From Selaginella moellendorffii (lineage: Eukaryota; Plantae; Lycopodiophyta), in the NCBI RefSeq assembly GCF_000143415.4, contig NW_003314269.1, forward strand, positions 3,217,060-3,281,059: a stretch of 64,000 bases of DNA, given 5' to 3'. A model generated the notes under the pieces. It was not told the DNA's origin and did no database searches. It saw nothing but the letters and a program-made list of their open reading frames with translations. Positions 11,265 to 22,363 of this stretch are shown piece after piece (the stretch's first letter is position 1; each line of letters begins with the position of its first letter). The position numbers and the translations under genes are program-made.

Positions 11265-12794
11265 TCACTTGTTTCCACTGTCGAGCGGCACCGTCAAGTT
11301 CATCAGGTACTTGAGCTCGTCGTAGAGCACCAGGATGAGCGCAGCGCCGGTTCCTCGCAACATGTTTGACACGGCTCCACGATAGAAGGACGAGACCCCT
11401 TCCATCCGGTAAATCTTTCTCCAGCAATCCAGAGTGTTGACGTACATTCTCTTCTCCAGGCCGGCTTGCATCATCATCCTGTGCCGGACGGTGTCGAGCG
11501 GATACGAGATCAAGCCGGCGGAGGTGGTGGCCGCCTGAGCCATGAGCCAGCGTTTCCAGAAAGGGAGGTGCTCGGAGTCTCGCGAGAGCAAGTCCTTGGC
11601 CGTGTCGAAACCTCCAAAGTAGACGCTCCTGTGCACGACCATTCCCTGGATGGACGCTGGGAGTCCCCGGTAGAGTCCGCGAGTGCCATCCTTGCGGTAG
11701 ATGGTCCTGATGAAGTGGAGGAGTCCCTTGAACTGCCTGGCGTCGCGGTTCCCGATATCGGCCGCTAAGCGCGTGTGGGCGATGTCCAGGGGATAGACGA
11801 AGACGAGGCTGGTGCACCCGGCGGCGGCCCCGGCCACGAAGTTGAAGGGTGCTCTTGACAGTGCGTCGTTCTTGTCCGAGATGAGTAGCGATCGGTACAA
11901 GTCCTGCAAAGAAGAAAGTCCGAGTCAAAAGCAAAGCTTGTAAAAAGAGAAAAAGAATGTAAGCTCATGACAAAGATTCTAATAATGAAAGTAAAGGTTT
12001 CATAAGTAAGAACAAAAGGTTCCAACTTGCTAGAAACAATGGAATCTTAAAGAGCAGATAAACAAGGAAAAAATGGAGGCTCGAATGATAAGAATGGAAG
12101 TAAAGGTTTCATCCGTAAGTCCCTACTTGCGGTACGAAGTGAGTGGAAAAGGTTCCACGGATAAAGAAAACTAGACGCAAGAACTGAGGACGAAAGGATC
12201 GCAAGTAAGAACCGGTAGGAACTGCGACGAGACGAAACTATACGTAAACAATCCGAAAAACGCGCAAGAATCCCGGAAGAAAAACGAAGAGAAGGAAGAA
12301 TCTCTAGCGCAAAGAGGAAGAAAAACGAAGAGAGAAGGAAAGAAGCCACGAAAGAACGAAAGAACGAGACTACACACCTTGAAGGCAAAGTTGAGTGCTA
12401 GTGACGGATAGTACCGCATGACACTGCTTCCATTCCCCCGCCACAGGGAGAGCACGCCCTCATCCTTGGCGATCCGGAAGATGCAATCGATCATCCCCTT
12501 GTAGCGGTGATGCCGTCCCTGCATTATCGCCAGATTGCTCTCCTGCGTCTGGAGCAGCAGCTTGGCGCGCTCGATGGGCGCAACGATGGTGTGCGCCACG
12601 CCGCCCATCAGCCCGCCCGCGATGAGATCCTTGGGGAAGTTTGACCATACCGTCTTGTTCTGGAGAGCCGCCGCCGGCGATGACGAGCCTTCCTTGCCCG
12701 CCGCCCCCCCCACGACCTTGGAATCCGGGAAATCCTCCTTCTTCTTCAGCCTGGCGATCGCGTCCGCGGAGATTGTGGGAGGCGCCGAGCTCAT
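11265..12794 (-). CDS. ADP/ATP carrier-like mitochondrial carrier family protein (At5g56450/PM-ANT-like)
   Basis: Exons 12794-12378 and 11903-11265. Three Px[DE]xx[KRH] repeats (APIERAK, YPLDIAH, YPLDTVR), '[25 protein letters not shown]' and RHRMMM. Confidence 0.92.
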
Positions 12795-13187
12795 CCTTGG
12801 CCAAGGACAGAGCTAGAGCATCTACCCGGCCGTTCCGTCCCCAGAACCCTAAAATGCCAAACACACGCACTATTAAATGGCACCAACGGCAAATCCGCTG
12901 CCGCCACGTGTCGTCCAAATCGTTTATTGTTATGACGCGGAAGATTCCAAGAGAATATGCCTCCAGTCAATTTAGTGTGCTTCGTTTGTACAGAGAAAAT
13001 GGAAGTTTCTTTCAAACTCTTCGGTTCTTTCGTTTCCAGTTTGCTTCGTCTGGAACTTTGTAAGTGAGAAATCGATCTGGAAGAACGTCCTTCCAAAGAA
13101 GAAAAGGAAAAAACCATAGTAGAATCCAGTACCTGGAACTCCCAGTGATATGATCTGGATGAGAGTTTCATGAAGAACCTTGGAAGA

Positions 13188-16100
13188 TCACTGCTCCTCC
13201 TCGTCCTCCTCGTCTTCCTCGTCTCCACCTCCAATCCCTTCCAAGAGCGCTCCAACGTCTTCACCGAGCTCTTCCAGCCGAGCTCTCAGCTTCTCCACCT
13301 TGCTCTCCTCCTGGCCCAAGCAAACCAGCAAGTCGTTTAGCTCCGCCTCGTTCTCCTTCTGTGCCTCGGCCCGGCCTTCCTCCCGGGCCGCCTCCAGCTC
13401 CTCCGGCGATGGCTTCAGCGACACTCCCTTGCCTTCCACAACGCTTCTCAGGCTCTTCATCTGTCCCTCCATGCCGTGGTTCATCTTCTCCAGCTCGTTG
13501 TAAGCGCTCGAAAGGCTCTGGAGCTCCGCCTCGTACCTGGACGCCAGTTGCTTGTACGAGGCCACCTCCGACTCCAACTCCCGGCTCTGGTTGATCGCTG
13601 CGGTGGTTTTCTGCTGGGATTCTTCCAGCTGCTGCTTCAAGCGATCGACGTCGGCTTTCAGAGATGCACTGCTCCGGTGAGTTGACGAGTCTTGAACTAC
13701 GGCCTTTTCGTTTGAGTTTATGAGGAGATCTTCGGCGAGTGCTGAGTTTCTGGCCAAGAGTTCCTGCAGCAAGAGTTAAGTGTTAACATCACCTCTACGT
13801 GGGAAAAAACAAACGCACCTGTATTTCTTGAGCCTGAGTTTGAAGTACAGTTTTCAGCCTCGTCGTGTAGTCCGACTCGCTTTCGCCTTCCGCAGGTTCC
13901 CACCCCGCCACCTCCACGGTGACTGCCCCACTCTTCGGGTTTGTAAACAGCTCCACGATCCGGTTCCGCACAACCGGCTCCAAGAGGTTGATGAACTGAA
14001 CGAATGGAGCATCGTAGAATAGTGGAAGAGCTGCCTCTGGAGATGCATCCCCGGAATGTAATCCCAACTCCAGTTTTTCTTCAGTGGACGCAGCAGCAGC
14101 TATAAATCCGTCACCAGCAGCTACTGCAGCTGCTGTAGATCTCGTAAGTGCCTGCGGAAGTCGAGTCGGTGTCGACGAAGCGATAAATAAGGGGCTTAGT
14201 CTCATATCCTCCCACTTGGAAAAGAATGCTGTGAGCCCGATTCTCTGATTAACCATCTCTAGGACTGCAGACGCATCTGTCCCAGCTGACGATGAGGGTG
14301 ACGGCTTGTTTTCGTTGTACACTATACACTCGCCAAGTAGAACTGCAGCGAGGCCAGCTACGTGAACACTTACAGGCGACCCACTGCTAGACATGAGCTC
14401 CACCAGGAACGGAAGGTGAGTAGCCGTCTCCAGGAATGCAGATACTGCTGGTGGACACTCGGCAAGCCATGTCACCAATAGCCTCAGAATGACCGGTTGC
14501 AGCCAAGCTGTGCTCACGTTGTCTACGCTTTCATGTCTTACAGAAGCTGAAGCGGCAGCTAGATATCTCATGCACCGAGGCAACAGGAGCTCCGGAGTTG
14601 CAAGCCTCGAAGAAGGTATCTCCAGAGGGATTGACAAAACCTGCACGGCCGGCCAGCTTTTATCAGAAAATAACAAGTAATGAAATCTTGTGTACCCGTT
14701 CTTTGCACTTGATGTTGTTTTTAAGAATGTGAGACAAAACACTTGCAGCTCTGCAACTTGCCTGCCAGAAGAAAGATCATACAAACTGTCAGGACGAATC
14801 CGGTCGTACCTCCAAGTCATTTCTGCCATCAATCCCAACCAGCGCCTGGATCAGCATGCTGAAACAACAAAGTAAATCTTGTCGTCATTCACTTCACCAT
14901 ACGACGAGAAATTAAACCTTCCGAATGAAAGATGGTGACCATCTTCTCTCCTCCTAGACGACTGAGGTAGTGGAGTAATTGTCGATGCCAGCATTGTCTG
15001 ACCATCTGGATTGCCCTGAAGAAAATAGCGTGAATAACTAGACAGCAGTAAAGAAAGATCCAACCTCACAGAAGCATTTGATCACGTACTCAGCGGCGAT
15101 ACACTCGTTTATGTTGGGCGTACGTAGTAAGACTCTCAGAATGCACACCATAGCTGGTTCTGCATCACCTTCGTCACCGACTAGCTTGTTCGCTAGTATG
15201 TCTCTGTTGTTAGCGTGGCCATTTACAAGATCTCCGACACATTTTAGTGCCTGCACGTCCAACTCAAGTTAAAGTCTAGAGGTACTCGGCACCACATTAG
15301 CATACCAGGCATCGAATAGCCACTGCCGAAATCCTGCCTTCAACGCTAAGCCCCAACAAATAGCTGAGAACGTCACTCTATAATGGATGCACGATGAAGT
15401 ACATGTATATAATTGCAAGACAAAGTTGTACCTGAGCAAGAAGCTTTTTATTAGCAGCCAGGTTTGCATCCTTCCCGGGCTCCACGTCTTCACTCCCAGC
15501 TAGTAACAAGGCAACTGTTTCCAGAGCACATAATAAGTTCACTGACTGTCTTAACAGCGAACATCGTATCCAAATTAGAGTCCAAGCACATACGATAACC
15601 TTCGAAATACCTTCTGCTGAGAGGCGTCACCGCCTCCTTTGCGCAAACTCAAAAGAGAAGCCACGTTTGCTAGACCCATGGTTTCTCTAAGGAACACCTA
15701 CAAACGACGACGGTCAGACTGAACACCAACATACAGGAATACCTGGTTGGACGAATTATTGCGCAAAAGGTTGTTAAGCAATTCCAGACAGTCCTGCATA
15801 TCATAGAAGTATTTTAGACGGTTCAAAGATCAGCTCCAACTTGTACCTGGACAACGATCCCTCCGTCCGATCCTCCTTCTTCCTTTACAATGTGAAACAC
15901 TCTCTCAAAAGCGCCTTCAAAAACAACTATCTTTTGAATCTCCTGTTAGAAAAGAAAAACAAGCATAAACGAAAGCTCAAATACATCAAAGGTCCCACCT
16001 TGGCTGCACGGGTAAGGTGAGTCAAAAGCAAAAGTGCTTCATTCCGGATCACCTGCAAACGTTTATCATGTGAGCGTTTCAGCCGTCTACATCTTGCTGA

Positions 16101-17082
16101 CCTCGCGCTCCAGCATCATATCCATGAGTCTTGTGATGCCTTGCGGTGTTGCTAGGACTTCCTCTTGCAATCTTCAAGCGCACACCTTTTAGATTTACGT
16201 ATCGAAGCTTGCGACGGCAACTCACCTAGCTGGTGAAACGGACAGAAGTAGCGTGAGAAGCTGAAGAACATAGTACCGGACGTAGAAATCCTCCTCCTCC
16301 TGAAGACATTTGATAAGATAGTTCCCATAAAGTTTCCTAGCTTACCAGCAAACTCAAAAGCAACGCAACGATGTTCTGCTCCCTTGCAAGCAGTTCACAG
16401 TTCACAAGACCAGGAGAAAGCTGCCCGTGGTCATCTTGAGTCGCGTTGCTTAAAGCAGTAACGAGAGTTTCCAGCGCTCCTCGGACCTTGATTCATTATG
16501 TAAGTCAACCAGAGAATAGAAAGCTCGCGATAAAAAAATTACGCTCGCTCACCATGTCTACGTCGTCACGATCGTCTCTGAGCACACCAATGAGCACCGG
16601 AAATCCTGCAAAGCAACGCTTTTTAAAACACGAAGTAGACAAAGTAGAGAACTAGAGTTAGAATAAAATACCCATGGCTCCAAAGGCCAGCTGTGCTTGG
16701 CGATTTTCGTCCACGAGAACACGAAGCTCCTCCATGGCAGCTCGCCTGTCCACAGCGAGCGTACCATTGCTGATAGTCTCAAGCAATTGCTCCACTCCAC
16801 TAGAAAAACCAATCCAAAATCACTTCAAGAACAACCAGAGAGTCGACTTACCCATCGTCCTCTGGCGGATGATCTCCGCTTCCAAAAACGAATCCCCCAA
16901 CACCCTGCACCGATGCAAACCATCACAAATTCGCCTCGAATTGCGCGTCCTAGCGAATGCAGGCACCGGACAATCTAGAAATCTATCGATTGCCCTTATC
17001 TATGCCCAAAGTTCCTGGATCGATCGTCCCAGAAGAGAAACCTCACCTTGACCATCATGCCGAGAGCTGTAGAAGGCCTCAT
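13188..17082 (-). CDS. GC6: Golgin candidate 6 / USO1-p115 vesicle tethering factor
   Basis: 'MRPSTALGMMVK|GVGGFVFG..|LVEWSN' region followed by armadillo-head exons ('QLAFGAMGFPVLIGVLRDDRDDVDMVRGALETL') and a C-terminal coiled coil 'ELNDLLVCLGQEESKVEKLRARLEELGEDV' with an acidic tail. Many short introns. Start could be 17082 or 17058. Confidence 0.92.
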
Positions 17083-17169
17083 CGCGATCCAGCTCTCAGA
17101 ATCGCCTTGGATCCAGCTCCTCGCTTAGGGTTTAAGTCAGGAAGAATATGCTTCGTAAAGATGCGACTT

Positions 17170-17550
17170 AACAAGGTATCGAACTCGAATATGCTTTGAC
17201 TTGAGCAAGAGAGGGATGTCGTCATTGTCTATCTCCTTATTCACGTCGAAGCTTTTCTAACTTAATTTGGAACTTCGAAAACTTTCCCGAAGTTCACGAA
17301 AATTTAGAACTTCAAACTTCTCCAAAACTTCATGAAAATGCTCAAAAGACTTGTTAGTCTGGAAGAGAAATGAAAAAACTTAGGCTTAGAGTAACGTCTC
17401 CATTCTTCATTAGATTCTCGAGCTCGAAGTATGCAGGGGAGTAAACTCCCAAAAAGTGCTGTGCAAAGCCCCAGATGGCGGACAAAGGACTTGGTCTCAT
17501 CGTAAATTACCATTTTCACGGAACTTTGGATTGCTAGCCCAGACCTCTCC
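17170..17550 (-). pseudogene. Degenerate duplicate of the gamma-CAL 3' end and 3' flank
   Basis: Colinear with 19903-20320 ('gagagggatgtcgtcattgtctatctccttattcac', 'ctccattcttcatta', 'cccagacctctccc'), with indels breaking the frame. Confidence 0.9.
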
Positions 17551-19130
17551 CTGTTGTTGTAAGGCTAGGCTATTGCTCTAGCGTTCCAGCTGTTTGTCAT
17601 CTGAGTACACCATGGATGATCACCTTGAGCTTGAAGTGTATATGTGATGTGATTGTTTGTGTGATTTACAGCCTGAAAGGCACCAAGATTTCACAGGAAA
17701 GAATGTTGTTGGAGCATGAGTATGATTCCAGACATTGCCAGATATACTCAGATTAAATTGATATCTAGATTATTTTCTAGTGGGTTTTCCAATTGGATTT
17801 TGAGTGTATGGTGAGGCTGAAAGATTCCTTTGCAAAAGATGGTGACCACCGTGGGATGCCTCACTTTTCAACGGAGGCATCATGTGAAGTACTGAGTTCC
17901 AAAGCAAAGATCAAAGGATAGTATTTCTCTAGATCAAAAGTTATTAAATGGGTGATTTCGGGTTTTTTTTGCTAATAGGTTCAGATTTTGGCTTTTGTTT
18001 TTCATAGATGGTAGAATTTATTTATTGAATCATTGAGGCATGCAATCCTGGGTTCAATTAAAAAACATGATGACTATTGATATATTTGCTTTAGGTTTGC
18101 CATTAGCTCCATGTCCACCATTCTTAACTCTGTGGCCATTTTTCCACCCCAATCATACCACTTTTGTAGACAATCCTTCTTTTGAGAAATCTTTAGTGCC
18201 TTTTCCATCACCTTCAACTACCTTCGACAAGATGACCAAGATTAGAGAGACTAAGGAACAATGTATTACATTTGCTTCTTCTTTGGGCAGAAGTGGACTA
18301 TAAATAACTCTATATCACCCAAAATCTCCATTTTAAAGCCTCAAGTTCAATTTCTGCTCATTTACATTGTTGTCAAACATTAATGTGGTGAATTGCAATG
18401 TTTTCGATTTTTTGCAATTCAACTGGATAGAGTCTTCAGATTATTCCTCCCATGTCAACTCATCTCCTTAGAATCTAGTTGGAATCAACAAATCACAAGT
18501 TACAACAAAGATTCCCAAGATTCTGCAAATGCCCGAGTTGGAGGTGTTAGTCGATACCATGTTTCCCAAATAGAGAAGTTTTATATCAAGTATGAATAAG
18601 ATTTTCAGCCTCTGGAGCAAGTCAAAATCCATGGGTTCCATGAGTTTGGCTTGCTAGCATTTGATGCGGCAAATAAATCTTCCCTTGAGGCAACTCTTTA
18701 AGACTTTTGGAGGAGCAGCATCCACCTCAATATATTGTCTTGTCTACCAACTTGTCATTTTCAGGAATCCTTTTGGGTTCTTCTGAGTTATATTATTATT
18801 ATGTATTCTTCTTGAATAAAAACTTCAGTTTTTGTGAGAACAACACTGGCTATATGTAACTCAAGGAGATTCCTCATGGCAAGCTTGCAAGGTCTTAGTG
18901 AACTCTACATGCTCACCCAAAGTGGCTCTAACATGAAGCCTTGAAGCCTAATTTTTATATTCAAACTAAGATTCTTCCTTGACCAGAAACTAAAGTGTGT
19001 ACACAAAGCTTGAAGCTCTTGCGGCAGTAACTTACATGCTTCCATGAAACACACAATTTGTATTAGTGATAAGCAAACGAATTAGAGAAAGTTTAAGAGC
19101 TAGAAAATCATTAAATTGTACTCTCAAGGG

Positions 19131-19883
19131 AGGTTAGTGAAGCAATTCCAGACAGTCTTGCATATCATAGAAGTATTTTAGACTTCAAAGATCGACTCCA
19201 ACGTTACCTGGGACCCTCCTTCCTTTACAATGTGAAACACCCTCTCAAAGGCGCCTTCAAAAACAACTATCTTTTGGATCTCCTGTAAAAAAAAAAGCAA
19301 GCAGAAACGAAAGCTCAAATACATCAAAGGTCCCACCTGTCAAAGCACAAGGGCTTCATTCCAGATCACCTGCAAACGTTTATTACGTGAGCTTTTCAGC
19401 CGTCTACATCTTGCTGACCTCGCATTCCAGCTTCATATCCTGACGCCATAGACCTGGTGATGAGCGAGCGTAATTTTTTTCTACCGAGTTTGGTTGACTT
19501 ACATAATGAATCAAGGTCCAAGGAGCGCTGGAAACGCTCGTTACTGCTTTAAGCAACGCGACTCAAGATGATCACGGGCAGCTTTCTCCTGGTCTTGTGA
19601 ACTGTGAACTTCTTGCAAGAGAGAAGAACATCGTTGCGTTGCTTTCAAGCTTGCTGGTATGGTAAGAATGGGAACTATCTTATCAAATGTCTTCAGGAGG
19701 AGGAGCATTTCTACGTCCGGTACTATGTTCTTCAGCTTCTTACGCTAGTTTCACCAGCTAGGTGAGTTGCCGTCGCAAGCTTGGATACGCAAATCTAAAT
19801 GGTGTGCACTTGAAGATTGCAAGAGGAAGTCCTAGCAACAATCACAAGACTCATCGATCGTCTCTGAGCACACCAATGAGCAC
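19131..19883. pseudogene. Degenerate duplicate of a GC6 internal segment (15768-16597) with an internal inversion
   Basis: 19131-19440 matches 15768-16123 (direct). 19441-19854 matches the reverse complement of 16124-16568. 19855-19883 matches 16569-16597 (direct). Introns are retained and there are several deletions. Confidence 0.92.
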
Positions 19884-20066
19884 AGGATAGATAATAAAGA
19901 CTAAACAAGGTATCAAATTGGAAGAAACGAAAGAGAGGGATGTCGTCATTGTCTATCTCCTTATTCACTTCGAAACCTTCCTAACTTCACGAAAATTTGG
20001 AACTTCGAAACTTCTCCAACTTCACGAAAATTTGGAACCCCGAAGCTTGGAAAGTTTGGGACGATC

Positions 20067-21874
20067 TCAGTGCTGTAAAATCCAATAGACCTGTTAGTCC
20101 GGAAAAGAAATGGAACTCGAGACCACTTACGCTTAGAGTGACGCCTCCATTCTTCATTATCTTCTCGAGCTCCAAGTAGGCAGTGGAGTAAGGAAGAAAC
20201 TCCCGAAAGTATTGCTGCGCGTAGCTCCGGATGCCTTCGGCGAAGCCGACGAACGCCTTGGTCTCGTCGAAAGTTACCATTCTCACGAACTTCGCTGGAT
20301 TGCCGGCCCAGACCTCTCCCGTTGGGATCCGGCGTCCGGGAGGAACCACCGAGCCGGGCTCCAGAATGCTGTGGGTCTCCACGACGGAGCCTTCCATGAC
20401 GACGCAGCGCTCGCCTATGATGCATTCGCGCTCGATGATGCACGACCGAAGTGTGCAGTAGGGACCGATTGTTACGTAGTGGCTGATGATGAGATGCGGT
20501 GGAAGTCCTGGAGAAGGAAAAGCACACAAAGATAAGTTGCTCAAAGAAAAGCAAAGAACAAACAAGGAGGAATGTAGCAAATGATAAAAGAATTGCGAAA
20601 CAGTTTCATGAAGCACAGAATGATAAAAATAAAACAAACAATGCTGGGATGGGCTGTACCATCACATAAATCGTAGCAGCAAGAGAGAATGAATTAGCAA
20701 ATGCAAAGTTATGCTAAAAAGAGTCTAAGCGAGAAACGTTTAGACGAAACTTCACTCGGAAAGGTGGAATGCCAAAAACCAAAAAGAATCATAGCAAATT
20801 TGAAAACAAGGTCTTTCTAAGGAATAAAAAAAGCAAGACACCACCGAAAAAATTCATAAAACCATACACTGCAATCTACATTCTCGGAAACCATGGACGA
20901 AAAACAACACACAAGAAAAGAAAGAAAAGAGATAAGTTGCTCAAAGAAAAGCAAAGAACAAACAAGGAGGAATGTAGCAAAGAGGAACGAGTTGCGAAAG
21001 TTTCCCAGAAAAAAACATCTGGGATGGACTATCATCGGAAAACTCGTAAAGTAATGCTGGAAAGAGTGTAAGCGAGAAAACGTTTAGATGGTCGAAAAGC
21101 TGAAATGCCAAAAGCAAAAAAATCATAGGAGCAAGAGAAACGACAAGAACAAACAAGGAGGAATGTAGAAAAGGAGAAAAGAGTTGCGAAATGATGGATG
21201 GAAGTTTCACAAACGTGAAGCACAGAATGATAAAAGCAACAAACAGAGAGACAAGTCTGGGATGGACAAACTTTTCAGTACCATCGGATAAATCGCAGCA
21301 GCAAGAGAGAATGGATGCAAAACTATAGCAAATCCAGAGTTATGCTGGAAAGAGTTTTAAGTTTAGAACAAACCGTGGAACGCCAAAAACAAAAAGAATC
21401 ACAGCAAGAGAAGAACTATGTCAATCAAGCGAAAGCAAGCACCACCAAAAATAAATAATTCACGAAACCGTTCACTGCGATCTACATTCTAACCATGGAC
21501 GAAACAATGAAAAGATAGTAATACGTACCAACTGGGGACTCGGAGGCGACGTGAAGAACACAGCGGTCGAAGATATGCGAGCAAAATCCCATTTGGATTT
21601 TGTTAAGATCGCCTCGTAGCACCGTCCCATACCACACCGTGCACTTGTCCTCCACCTTGACGTTCCCGATGAGCGTGGCATTCGGCGCGACCCAGGCATC
21701 GGGCGCGATGTATGGCACAGCCATAGCCAGGGGCACGATCTGCCGCTGGCCGCGATAATCCCAGTCGGCCCGATAGAATCCCTCGGGCGGCGTCAGCGGC
21801 ACTGTGATCTGCGTTACCGCGAAGGGATTTCGGAGCGATCCAGCGTGCTGCCTCCATCGTCGCAGTGCCGCCAT
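20067..21874 (-). CDS. GAMMACAL: Gamma carbonic anhydrase-like protein (mitochondrial complex I CA domain)
   Basis: Exon 1 21874-21529 'WDYRGQRQIVPL..VAPNATLIGNV..VLRGDLNKI'. Exon 2 from 20507 'MEGSVVETHSILEPGSVVPPGRRIPTGEVWAGNPAKF..EFLPYSTAYLELEK'. Probable short last intron from 20130 with stop at 20067 (19987 if unspliced). Confidence 0.93.
20520..21500. repeat. Nested tandem duplications inflating gamma-CAL intron 1 to ~1 kb
   Basis: 'aagaacaaacaaggaggaatgtag' at ~20554, ~20954 and ~21145. 'cactgc(a/g)atctacattct..aaccatggacgaaa' at ~20867 and ~21473. 'gaagcacagaatgataaaa' occurs twice. Confidence 0.88.
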
Positions 21875-21890
21875 AGCTGCGGCCCCAAAT

Positions 21891-22030
21891 AGATTCGAAC
21901 CATGCACCACTTGGACCCTCACGGGAAAGGAGTCGAACCGTGCACTACTTAGACCCTCACGGGAAAGGATTCGAACCGTCCACTACTTAGACCCTCACGG
22001 GAAAGGATTCGAACCATGCATCACTTGGAC
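21891..22030 (-). repeat. 38-bp tandem repeat (~3.7 copies), each unit with a tRNA T-arm/B-box motif
   Basis: Units start at 21891, 21929, 21967 and 22005. Minus-strand consensus TTTCCCGTGAGGGTCTAAGTAGTGCACGGTTCGAATCC. Confidence 0.92.
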
Positions 22031-22363
22031 AAGATCAAATCGTGAAATTCAAAAAACGCCGGCGGCCGGACGTTTGAATTTCGCGATCTGGGCCGTTCGA
22101 CTAGGTTGCATCCAACGGCCCAGTTTGTATTTGTTTGATCTAAGTTTTTTACCTTGTTGCAGTTGTTTTTTGAGTTTAGGGCAGGGTAATAGTGCGCGTT
22201 GCGCCTTCTTTCTCCTCGGTTCTTCGATTCTCCGGCGCTAGCGCTCTGGGGGGACGATTCCTTTGCGCGATGACAATGCAGGGCTGAAGGCGCTACTCCT
22301 GCCGCTGGCGCTCGAGGTCTCGCCGCGAGGGTTTGGTGCTTTGGTTAGGGATTGTGGGGAGGC

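Noticed and set aside
21891-22030. 38-bp repeat as a CRISPR array or a tRNA gene cluster
   Set aside because: Units are contiguous with no unique spacers, there are no cas genes and the context is eukaryotic. Units are too short for a cloverleaf and have no acceptor or anticodon stems.
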